Below, piece by piece: positions 24,143-35,100 of a DNA stretch of 44,244 nt. Under the pieces are notes generated by a model. It was not told the DNA's origin, did not search any database, and was given only the letters and a program-made list of their open reading frames with translations. The stretch lies in assembly GCF_000143415.4 (NCBI RefSeq), contig NW_003314346.1:778589-822832 (forward strand). The letters are read 5' to 3'. Position 1 is the stretch's first letter. Each line of letters opens with the position of its first letter. The position numbers were made by a program, and so were the translations under genes. This stretch comes from Selaginella moellendorffii (taxonomy: Eukaryota > Plantae > Lycopodiophyta).

Positions 24143-24216
24143 TTGACCTTGACTTTGACCTTGACTTTGCTTGTAACGAACTTTGAAGGACTTTGACCTT
24201 GACTTTGACCTTGACT
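24143..24216. promoter_or_regulatory. Array of 8 perfect W-boxes (2 x TTGACC-TTGACT-TTGACC-TTGACT) within a 50-bp tandem duplication
   Basis: TTGACY at 24143, 24149, 24155, 24161, 24193, 24199, 24205 and 24211. A further TTGACT lies at 24027. Confidence 0.8.
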
Positions 24217-24294
24217 TTGCTTGTAATACAGGTGACTGCGAAGAGGAAGCGTCCTACACACAGCTCGGCGGTGTTCAATGCGGTAATCTCAGCA

Positions 24295-27246
24295 ATGCTC
24301 CGGGGCCGTGAGAGCTTGATTCGGCTTGTTGGGAAGCGGCAGCGCAATGTGTCACTCCCAGCTCGGGTGAGTGATCGAGCTTCTATTTCTTCGGTGGATC
24401 TGTGATCGTTTTCCTGCAGGAAGAGTTGGAGTGCGGTGATGTTTCACTGGAAATAAAAGGAGGCCTGAGCTTAGCTTGTTGTGACTGGGTGGAATGCCCT
24501 GTGTGTGGGAAGCAAATACGCGGGAATGAACTTCTCGTCAACTGCCATCTTGGTTTGGATTTTGCTCTGTTTTGATTCAAGCACGCTGATCGATGGTGTC
24601 TCTTGTCCAGATACTTGCCTGCAAAGTGGGAAGAAAAAGAAGAACAATGTCCAGCATACACTCTTTCACTTCAACTTGTCGAAAAAGATAGAGTACGAGG
24701 AAAGTGGAAACTGCGTACTAGAAATCCAGCAGTCTCCTCCGCTCGAGACTGGGGTCGACTGTAACACGGCGGCAGGGTCTCCGAAACCGGAAGTTTCTTC
24801 TACTCTTGAATGCTTTGAGGAGCCCGACGTGGCCAACAGCGTCCTTCCAGCAGAGCGTTATTTGTCTCCTCTCATGGAAAAAGGCGTGGTAGACGTTCAG
24901 GTAATTAATCTCTGGGGCGTTTTCCAATTGTTCACAAAGCGTTCAGGGATATGTCTCCGAGAGTACATTGGAAGCTGCACGCCTCAAGCTTGATTTGCGT
25001 GAGATCCAGAATCGGACTATTGGAAGTCTCTCAGAAGAAAAAGTGCTGGCTGTCAAATGGAGCCGTCTGATGGATGCAGCTGATAAGGGACAAGACCGCG
25101 GCTGTCAATACCAACAGAATTTTCTCTACATGCTCCAAGTGGTATTGGAACGGGATCTCCATCTCTTTACTCCAGACGAGATCGAACTTCTCGAGGCATT
25201 TCGTTCAATCTCGTCTGATGGACAGCGCCTTGGCTCAACGAAAGGGTAAGCTAAACGCCGTCGGACAAACTATGACTCAAGGGAGACAGTGGTTTTGCAG
25301 GGCCATGGTTCCGTCTTCAGAACATTTTCTATGAAAATATTGGTGACACAAACTCTGCAGTCCATGATTTAGTCGGTACTCAATTTCTTTCATCGTGTAC
25401 TTCATAATATGTTTGCTCCCTTGTAACAGAGGGACGCTACTTAGTTTTCGACGTGACGTGAATTCGTCTGAGTTACTTGAACATCTGACTGTACGGGAGC
25501 TCAAAGATTTGGCAGTTAACAGCAAAATCATGGTAGTTACTTCTAAGACTTTCTTCCTTGTTTTTATTTCTGTTCCTGCTTACAGATCAAAAGTGCTATG
25601 CTAAGTTTGAAAAAGATTCAGCTTATTACAGCAATTCGAGATGCATTGATTTCGCTGCATTTGTAAGTAGCAAGTGATCATTGGTTTTTTATACAAGCGT
25701 GAAATACTTGGCGGCAGTAATCTAACGGCTTTAATTCGTGAAGCAACCGGCCCATGCATTCGAATAGCCGAAACAGTTGAAGTTCTACTTTGGCATTTAC
25801 AGGTCAGTTGACATCTTCTCCAAAGTGTTACACTGCTGAGCAATTTATTTATTTATTTATTTATTCAGAGGCTGTTCTTTCTAAACGGTGAGCAGGAGTT
25901 CCATGTTTTTCTTCTTGTGGATATTGGAAGGATCAAGTATCCAGGCTATAGGTGCGCTAGAACAATGCCAGTTTTTTCTTCTCGAGAGGACTTTCTGGCG
26001 TATGAGCAGGTCCGTTCCTACTTTGTTATAAAATTTGTCTGACCGTCGAGTTTTCAGGCATTGTAATTGGCTCAGGTGGTTGATGGCCATTCCATCATTA
26101 CTTTGGAGGAAATTGGATCCCTGGAAGCTGGTAATTCTGAGGCTGTAAACTCCTCCTTTCGAAAAGCAAGGACTACACTCGAATTGATCAATGCACACAC
26201 CGAGATCAAGCATCCATTTTTAGCACGATTTTCGGCTGCATGGGTGTATGCAACAACTGTGGCTGCATCTTTTCTGGAGAAAGAACGCAGGTACGCTCTT
26301 TCACCAATGGCGGACAATGCTTTTGAACGAAAACTGGCTCTTGAACAGATACGCTGAAGCTGTAAACCTCTTCAAGCAGCTCCTTAGCATGCAGTATTGT
26401 CCTGGACGGAGAGGATACTGGACTCTCCGGCAATCTATTGACTTGGAGCACTTACAGCGTTTAGAAGAGAGCCTGCTCGTTGCAGAAAACGGATTAAACG
26501 ATTTCAACGTCCGAGGAGGGGATCGTATCGCTTTGCAACGGAGGGTTCTCCGACTAGGTAAACCTCCTAGAAGGTGGACAGTACCTCCATATGCAGCGCT
26601 TTTAAAGAAAAAACACAAGGTGGTACGTACTGTGTCTTCCAGATATTTGGCCTTCAGCTACAACTCTGTTTCTGAAGGTGACGATTATGGGAAGGCCGCT
26701 AAACAATGCCAATGGAATGAAGAGCAGATTTTATGGCTACGATGGGCAACAATGCAGTGTGGAGGACCTGGCACTTCAATACTATGCCGGAGAAGATGGA
26801 GGCGGCTGGAAAGGAGTCCATTTCAGACGTTCCAGATGTCTTCCAGACACCTTTTCAGGTTCTTGTTTCATTTTCCAGTGGTTGCTCTACAGTTCTTGTT
26901 TGCAGACTGCACCTTGTTTCATTTTCTCGTGGTTGCTCTACAGTTCTTGTTTGCAGACTGCACCATTGGACTTGTGCACGGATTCATTCTATCCAGTCCG
27001 AAGCTCGCTTATTGAATCTCGTCTTCAAGCCATACGCGATGGCGGAGCTAGGCAACTCGTGGCTGAGACTTGGGCAGAGCACTACGGGACATCATGTAGC
27101 GGGGTAAACTGGGAGAAGTACTCGCTTGAAGACCTTCAAACAATAACGGTCTGTATCGGAGGTCCAGGATTGTCGGTGATTTGCAAGCTTCTTGCAGAAG
27201 ACCACAGTAACTGGACGGCTGGAATGCCTGATCTTCTGCTGTGGAA
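24295..27246 (+). pseudogene. FAN1: Fanconi-associated nuclease 1, multi-exon, disrupted; 3' end in N gap
   Basis: MLRGRESLIRLVGKR start, UBZ CPVC...HLDTC, YQQNF...GQRL, GPWFR, RLFFLNGEQ, RRGYWTLR.SIDLEHL, RLGKPPRRW, SVEDLALQYYA and GMPDLLLW. Lesions: deletion/frameshift at ~25228, TAA at ~26064 and ~54-bp deletion at ~26820. Confidence 0.92.
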
Positions 27247-27537
27247 NNNNNNNNNNNNNNNNNNNNNNNNNNNNNNNNNNNNNNNNNNNNNNNNNNNNNN
27301 NNNNNNNNNNNNNNNNNNNNNNNNNNNNNNNNNNNNNNNNNNNNNNNNNNNNNNNNNNNNNNNNNNNNNNNNNNNNNNNNNNNNNNNNNNNNNNNNNNNN
27401 NNNNNNNNNNNNNNNNNNNNNNNNNNNNNNNNNNNNNNNNNNNNNNNNNNNNNNNNNNNNNNNNNNNNNNNNNNNNNNNNNNNNNNNNNNNNNNNNNNNN
27501 NNNNNNNNNNNNNNNNNNNNNNNNNNNNNNNNNNNNN

Positions 27538-28245
27538 TCAGTGTCACCGTCTCAAGAGCTCTTCGATCGGGACCGCGAGGTGATAGAATCACCACGGCCT
27601 CCACCGTCATCTTAAAGAATCCTCTCGGCGGAGGATCAGGAAATGCGAGTTCCAAAGAGATGAATCACGAGGGATTCCATGCACCTTAAAGAACATCCCC
27701 CGCGACTCTGTCATCCTTGATGAGTATCCTATCGAACAATGCAGTTGCTTGCTCCATATCCCCATTGTGGGCATGGAGTCCGTTGGGAGAACACGTAGAG
27801 ACTAAACCATCATCGCACTGGGGCATCCCAAAGAAGATTTGGCTGGCGTGATGCATGTCTCGGCCCGAGCCAAGCCAGAACAGCTCGTTGCGGCATTTGC
27901 CTCGTCATTATGCCCAATCGGGGCATATGTGCTCACTATTGTCGTCCAGGTCACCACGTCCTGGCTTTCCTCGCATCAGCAACGCGATTTTCTTCGCAAA
28001 GGACCCGTAATAGGATGTTCCGAGAGAAGGGGAGTGGAAAACCTTGATCGCCTCGTCAAGATGCCCAAAGTGGGCATATGTGATAGCAGAATGTGCATTG
28101 CTGGTACTTGCTCGCCAGGATGAGCCCAACACGGGAGGATTCGAGTGCAGGGCTCTGGGTCCCAAACTCTATCTCCTTGCAAATCGGTGAGCGCCTTCGA
28201 TGCACGCAAGGATCGAAGCAAGCATCCAGCGTCAATCCCATAAGC
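27538..28245 (-). pseudogene. PPR pseudogene (duplicate of 17422-18230)
   Basis: Direct repeat of 17570-18230 with the same PPR motifs. Confidence 0.7.
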
Positions 28246-30215
28246 TTCGCCCTTCAGATTCTTCGAGCTTAGATGAGCTACTAGCGGATGAATAAGTTAT
28301 CTACTAGGATGTCGTGTTTGCAGATGAAAAGTTCTCTATGAAATGTTTTTACNNNNNNNNNNNNNNNNNNNNNNNNNNNNNNNNNNNNNNNNNNNNNNNN
28401 NNNNNNNNNNNNNNNNNNNNNNNNNNNNNNNNNNNNNNNNNNNNNNNNNNNNNNNNNNNNNNNNNNNNNNNNNNNNNNNNNNNNNNNNNNNNNNNNNNNN
28501 NNNNNNNNNNNNNNNNNNNNNNNNNNNNNNNNNNNNNNNNNNNNNNNNNNNNNNNNNNNNNNNNNNNNNNNNNACTTCCCTGTGTGTGGGAAGCTCATCG
28601 ATAGTTTGCTCTTTTTTGTTTCAGCAGGTTGATCATTGGTTTGTCTTGTACTGATACTTGCCTGCCAAGTGGGAAGAAAAACTCGTTCTAGATGTCTTCC
28701 AGACACACTTCAGGTTCTTGTTTCATTTTCTTGTGGACTTCTTCTGCTCTTCTTGTTTGCGCATTGCAAGAGGCTCTTTGTGTTGAAAAAAACCTTGTTT
28801 TGTGTTATTTCGCAGAGACTGCACCATTGGACTTGTGCATGGATTTCTTTCTATCCAGTCCGAAGCTCGCTTATTGAATCTCCTCTTCAAGCCATATGCG
28901 ATGGTGGAGCTAGGCAACTCGTCGTGGAAGCACTCTGGGAGGGTTAACTGGGAGAATGAAGACCTCCACACAATTACGGGATTGTCAGTGATTCATATGC
29001 TTCTTGCAGAAAACCAAGGAGGGCAAAACTGGTCGAAGCCAAGGGTCCGGGAGATTGCTTGTCCGAGCAACAGGTGGCCTGGTTTCTTATTCTCTCGGAT
29101 GCCAGGCACGCTATGCATGAGCTCCTCGGCCTCCTCCAGCCCTCCAGACTTGGTGAGAACGTCCACAAGGCAATGGTTGAGATAGAATGACTCACTTGTA
29201 GCGCTATGCCTCGTGGAACATCGCTCACCTTAAAGGAAGGATTGCGTTCCAAGGAATCTGCTTTAGATTGGAAGATGAATGGCTGAATGTTTCCATTGGA
29301 ATCTAACGATTGAGAAGATCTTCTTTCAAATAGATGTGATACGAACTCACTTCTGGTTTCTGTTTTTTCTCTTGCAGGCATAGTCATAACTGGTGGCATT
29401 TAGAGCTTTGTCATCTAGAGGGTGGTCCAGCTGAGAACGTGCTACGCATATTTGACACCCGTATATGGGGAGACCACGAAAGAGCTGAAAGGGATACATT
29501 TGCGGTAAGCTCTCTTAACAGAAAAATCCAACACTAAGTAATCAATAATGTGCAGGTGAGCTTAAACGCGTTGGAATTTTTGCTGTGTCTTCAAGTAAAC
29601 AGATTTGGAGATCACATCACGAAGCTCTTTGTGGACAAGGTACGTGGGCTGGCGGCGATTTTTGAACTTATATTTTCCTTACTTTTTGTGTTTAGTCCAC
29701 ATGATTTTCTGGTCCTTTGGTCACTGGTTCAAAGCTCTTTATTGCAGAGGCCAAACAATTACTCTCATATTTGAATCAACGGTGAGAAATGTTGTCAAAG
29801 TGACCTCACTCTGAGCATAAACGATCGGTTCTACAGAGGAGATTCACCAAACGATAGTCTCGGTAATCAATGCTGATTTAGTTTGTGTTTGTGTGCTCTA
29901 AGTTGCCTGTCAGATTGCTTCGGCATTGTACAAGTATGGCTCCGGCAATGAAAGTGCTATCTCTTCACTCTTGGGATCAAACTTTAGTGCTAGGGAGCTC
30001 AAGGTTTGCCTGTGTATTCATTGTCCTTGCTCTGCTCTCCCAGGTGATTGGAGCCTCGAATGAACAGATGAGAGTATTTGGACATCTGTGGGCAATAGCA
30101 AGCTCAAATCTGATGGTAGCTTTGTACAGATTGATAATGGAATATTCACTATATAAGTATTATATTTTTAGAGCATATAGCAAATTGGTTACCAACAAGT
30201 TTATGTTTACTATCC
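28222..30215 (+). repeat. Arm of inverted duplication B (mini-FAN1 28574-29107 plus TTC38-like exons 29378-30130)
   Basis: Reverse complement of 14455-16460. Confidence 0.92.
29378..30130 (+). pseudogene. TTC38: TTC38-like 3' exons
   Basis: HSHNWWHLELCHLEGGPAENVLRIFDTRIW, VSLNALEFLLCLQV, IASALYKYGSGN and VIGASNEQMRVFGHLW, separated by short introns. Confidence 0.78.
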
Positions 30216-30770
30216 GTAGACAAGGTAAAGGGCAATTGTTATCATTGCCATAAGGCTAGACATTGAAGGGGTTAACAAATGCTAAAGTGACTATGGTGGA
30301 ATCTATAAACAATGATATGCAATAATGTGAGTGATAATGTTATTAGGGTTGTATTGCTTCAAGTTAGGTATTCTTTCACGGTCACAAGCCACAAGTTCAA
30401 TATTATATAGTGGAATTGGCCTACTTGAGATAAAGAGTTGTAAGTTGTGATTGTTGTTGTGAATGAATGGCAACATTATTTGTATGGATTAAACTTCCAC
30501 TAAAATAGTGAAAAGGTTTAAAAACTACTAAATATTCAACACAGTTAATTATTTATATTAATTCTACATTTATTAGTATAACAATTATTATAGATTCAAA
30601 CCATAAATCTCTCTAGTATTTCAATCATTAAAAGGACCTTCAAGGACACCTTACTCATTGGCAAAAGTTTTTGTAGGAAATGTCTGTTAAGATCCAATAC
30701 AAGTATAAAGGCAACAATAAAGTTCCTTTATCCTATGGTGATTTACCATAGGATAACTATAAAATAGAAC

Positions 30771-31045
30771 TGTCTCAACCAAAAACAAGGTTCAGGGGAC
30801 TCTGACCTTGAACCCAGGGCTGCATCGAAGCCATAGATTAAATCATGCACAACATATAGTATATGCTAGCAGTTAGAACTGCTAGCCTTTCAAAAGGGGG
30901 AATCCAAATTGTGGATCCCTATCTCTAAATACACATCATTCTTTTACTCGTGCTTCTTCTCTACCCTTGGAGATCGGGCCCTTTTCTCTTTTGTTTTCTT
31001 ACTAACAATAGATTTCCAGTGAAGAGGAGTTTTCACACCTTTTCA
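30771..31045 (+). repeat. 5' LTR (275 bp)
   Basis: Direct repeat of 41068-41349. Confidence 0.95.
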
Positions 31046-31211
31046 TTTGGCGACCATGGCTTTTGAATTCCCCTTTAGGTTCACAAATTCTTCCATTCTT
31101 TCTCCATTCTCTATGTGTAGATAACAAGAACGATCTAGAAATCTACCCATCTTGCCCAAATTCACCCAAATTACGCCCTAATTCGTACATTCACCCAAAT
31201 TCAACAAGAAA

Positions 31212-32123
31212 ATGCAACTGCCAACATGGATCAACAGCGTCTAAGCGGTTGCTGCCCAACGCAGTAAAGACAGACACTTTCCAGAAGAGATCTTTGAAGA
31301 ATCTGAAAGCTCTCTCTCAAGATCTCCAAGTCCAATCACTGACGAAGAACACCAACGACCCTCTTTGACAAGAAACTCCAATCTACCAGCACCTTCATCA
31401 GCAGACACCCTTAGCAGCTTCATTGGTGAACTCCATCTCCGAGCACAAGACCACCCACTCCAAGCTCGAGACCTCAACCAGCACGCTCGACACAAACCGA
31501 CACCACTGCCGAAACGAACCCATCTTCCATGCAGTCGTCGACCCGGCAATCCTAGTGCTTCGACACGATTCCAGTTCCTGCGCCCAGTCCCAATATCAAA
31601 GCACATCCTCAGAACCTATACCAACGACGAACCCATCACTTTGTTACCCGGTATCGGACAACTTGTCAAGGGACAACTTCACAACGCACCACCGATTTTT
31701 CGACAACCCCTCCGACAAAGTCAGCAGCTCAGCACCGAAACAACAGTCCGAACTTGGTTCGAAATCAACACGTTTGCTGCAACAACTCTTGCCAATCACG
31801 CCATCGCCCAATCCGGACTCAAACAACTTGACGACATTATCGAAGAAATCATTCCAGACAAACCCGAATATCTGAAACTCTTCATCGAACTCCATCTCAG
31901 CACCAGCAAGTGGAAGACCAATTTGCATACTGCACACTGGACCCAACACAACTCGGCTGAACACAACCCAACCCAACACGTACCACCGTCGATATTTGCA
32001 TTGAAAAGAAAGAATAAGCTCACAATGACTTTATCGACAATTGACCAGCCAACAGTCTTCTTGAAGTTCTGCCCGAACTGCATGATTGACTCCAGACACG
32101 AATCTGACACCAACAACCAGTAG
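31212..32123 (+). pseudogene. 5' accessory ORF of the retrotransposon (~303 codons, one premature TAA), function unknown
   Basis: ATG 31212 is in frame with ORF 31365-32123, with a single TAA at codon 11. Ends in CPNC....H. Confidence 0.6.
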
Positions 32124-32131
32124 AAGAATGC

Positions 32132-35100
32132 ATGTATCCAAAACCACGAAGAACATCCAGCAAGTCGGAAGAAGACCAACAATGGCTTATCCGACGTTTA
32201 GATAGAGATTTGAAGAATTTAGAAATAAAGAGAAAGAAACACCAAGAGAAGTTGAATCAAGTTGTTAGACCCTCCAAGAGAGAGAATTACATCCGACATG
32301 AATTATTACCGCGAGCTAACTCCGACAAACCAGTATCGGACATCCGCAAAGAATACGAGGACTACACAACACCACCGGACACACCACCGGCAGCACTCTC
32401 AACGACACCCACCAAACTACCCAAACCTGAATCAACACCCTTGACAGCACCCACTGAAGTGCCTGCGCTTGAATCAACACCCTCGACGACACCCACCAAA
32501 GTGCCCGAGCCCGACCAAACATTCGAGCAGTCGACACAGACTACGCCCAAGAAACAAAACATTTTTCAAGCAACATACAACCACTTCAAAGGTACATTCA
32601 CCAACCCCATCTACAGTGTCAACAAACGGCCAAGTTTCCCGCCCAGCTTCACAGACTTCACCAGACCAGCACCATTTTCGCCATACCGACCGATCTTCAC
32701 AACACCAATATATCCCACATTTGCTTCCAACATCTACCGAAGCCCGCTATCAGCAAGACCTTTCGAACACGCTTTCGACTTCAACGCGCTGATGAGACAA
32801 CAACTCGACTTCACCAATTACAGTTGCACTCCAATATACCCAGTCAGCAGTCCACGTAAAAGACTCGAACAACCCGAATCGTCCANNNNNNNNNNNNNNN
32901 NNNNNNNNNNNNNNNNNNNNNNNNNNNNNNNNNNNNNNNNNNNNNNNNNNNNNNNNNNNNNNNNNNNNNNNNNNNNNNNNNNNNNNNNNNNNNNNNNNNN
33001 NNNNNNNNNNNNNNNNNNNNNNNNNNNNNNNNNNNNNNNNNNNNNNNNNNNNNNNNNNNNNNNNNNNNNNNNNNNNNNNNNNNNNNNNNNNNNNNNNNNN
33101 NNNNNNNNNNNNNNNNNNNNNNNNNNNNNNNNNNNNNNNNNNNNNNNNNNNNNNNNNNNNNNNNNNNNNNNNNNNNNNNNNNACAGTCCCAACACAGAAG
33201 AAAAAAGAAAGAAGAGTTCACTAAACAACAACAACAATTCACCACCTTCCTCTTACACCAACTTTGCCGTCAACCCCGACAACCCCTTGCTACAAATCAC
33301 CTTAGGACTCCATAGTGACAACCTGACAAAACAACCTCGACAATACCGACATTACTACCAACAGCAAATGGCAGTCACTACTGCCGTTGCCAACATACCT
33401 GTCGGAAGACACGTCTCCTATCCACTATTTCATGGTCTGAAGTCAGAAGATGCCGAGAAACATGTTGAACAGTTCCGAGAAGCAATCCGACTCAACGGCC
33501 AGACGACCGAACTTCCATACTACTTCCGATGTACCCTTCGAAAGAGAGCCAACGAATGGGCTCAAACGCTTCCTCAAAATACAAGTTTTGACGACCTCAC
33601 ACTCAAGCTTGTAGACCAATTCAAGTCTTCCCTCACTCAAAGCCAACGACTTCACAAGATCCAAAAACTCAAGCACAAGTCCGGTCAATCCATCGACGAC
33701 TACACTCAAACCTTCACTCGACATGCTAGCAAATGTGGCAACAGTGCCACCGAAACATTACTTTACTAATGGTACATGCATGGACTCTGACGATCCCTCC
33801 GAGAAGCGGCAACACACATTAACGTTGCCACTTACCTCGAACTCGCAAGAGCCCTTCAAGATGTTCAAGCTCGACGAATGACAGCACAAGTAGACGACAT
33901 GGATAACTCAGATTCTGACAGTAGTTCCGATGACGACTCCGACGATGAACTCGGAGAGAGCACCAAGTCAAAACTTCGGAAACTCAAAAAAACAATCGAC
34001 AAGCTCAAGGGAAAAGCCAAGGTCGACATCAAAGAATTTCGATCTGGAATTTGGTGTACTAAGTGCAAGAACGAAGGACATCCAACAAGTGACTGCAAGC
34101 TCCAAATCTCCAAATGCCAGATCTGTACCAAAGAAGGTCATGACGCCAAGACTTGCAGATTTTGAAATTCTCCAGAAGTTCAACAAGTTTCGAACTATCC
34201 CCGACAGCAGTTTTGACAACCATATCCAAATCAATACTTTGACAATTACCAGCCACCACCTCTGACAAACTGGAGACCACCAAGAAACAACTTCCAACAC
34301 CAGAGTCAACAATGGAATGATCAACCTCGCTACAACAACTACAACAATTAAAACAACGACTACAACAACAACTACAACGATCGACAACACCCGCCGAACC
34401 GGAACTACCCAGCAAACCGAGACAATTACAACCAAGGATACCAACAATACCCAAGATACCAGAACCGAAGATACCAAGGCCAAGGTTATCAAGACTAGGC
34501 CTACCAAGGCAACTACAAAAACCGACCATGGCAACCTCGACTTCAACACCAAGGCTGTCTGCCGAGACTTGGTCCACCGCCTCCTCGACAACAAGATCAG
34601 AACCAGCAGCAACCACCAACAACAAGGATGGTCGAGACCGACAAACTACCTTATGCCGACAATAATGACTCAGATCCTCAAGTCATGGCAGTACAAACCC
34701 GAGCACAAATTCGAGCAGAAAAACAACAACAACCGGATAGAGATTCTGGAGATAGTGAAGAGAAAGGCCCTGAGAGCCCAACAAAACTCCAGGAATGGAA
34801 AAAGAAGCAAAAGTTAGCCGCCAAGATACAACGGCAACTCTCTCTACAACCACCCGAATTAGTGATTTTAAACTCCGACAATGAAGCTCAACCATCACCA
34901 GCTCGACAACAATGCCAAGACTCAATACCAGAAAACCGACAGACAAATCGTCCAACATCGACACCGACACCAGAACACAATTTGGCAAACTTCGACAAAA
35001 TCCAAGCAGTAGCAGAGAGTATCCTCAACCAAAATATTCAAATCACCATCGGCCAACTGCTGAAGATTGCACCCTACCTCACCAAACAACTCACCGATCT

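Noticed and set aside
24105-24237. Short repeats as a CRISPR array or VKVKVK-coding ORFs
   Set aside because: No unique spacers and a eukaryotic context. The ORFs are by-products of the hexamer repeat.
10749-30215. Helitron or Pack-MULE as carrier of the gene fragments
   Set aside because: I could not identify a 5' TC plus 3' hairpin-CTRR end, TIRs or long TSDs. Fragments occur in mixed orientations. Not excluded.
33968-34817. Val-rich antisense and Thr-rich alternative-frame ORFs
   Set aside because: Shadow frames of the low-complexity AAC/TAC-rich gag linker.
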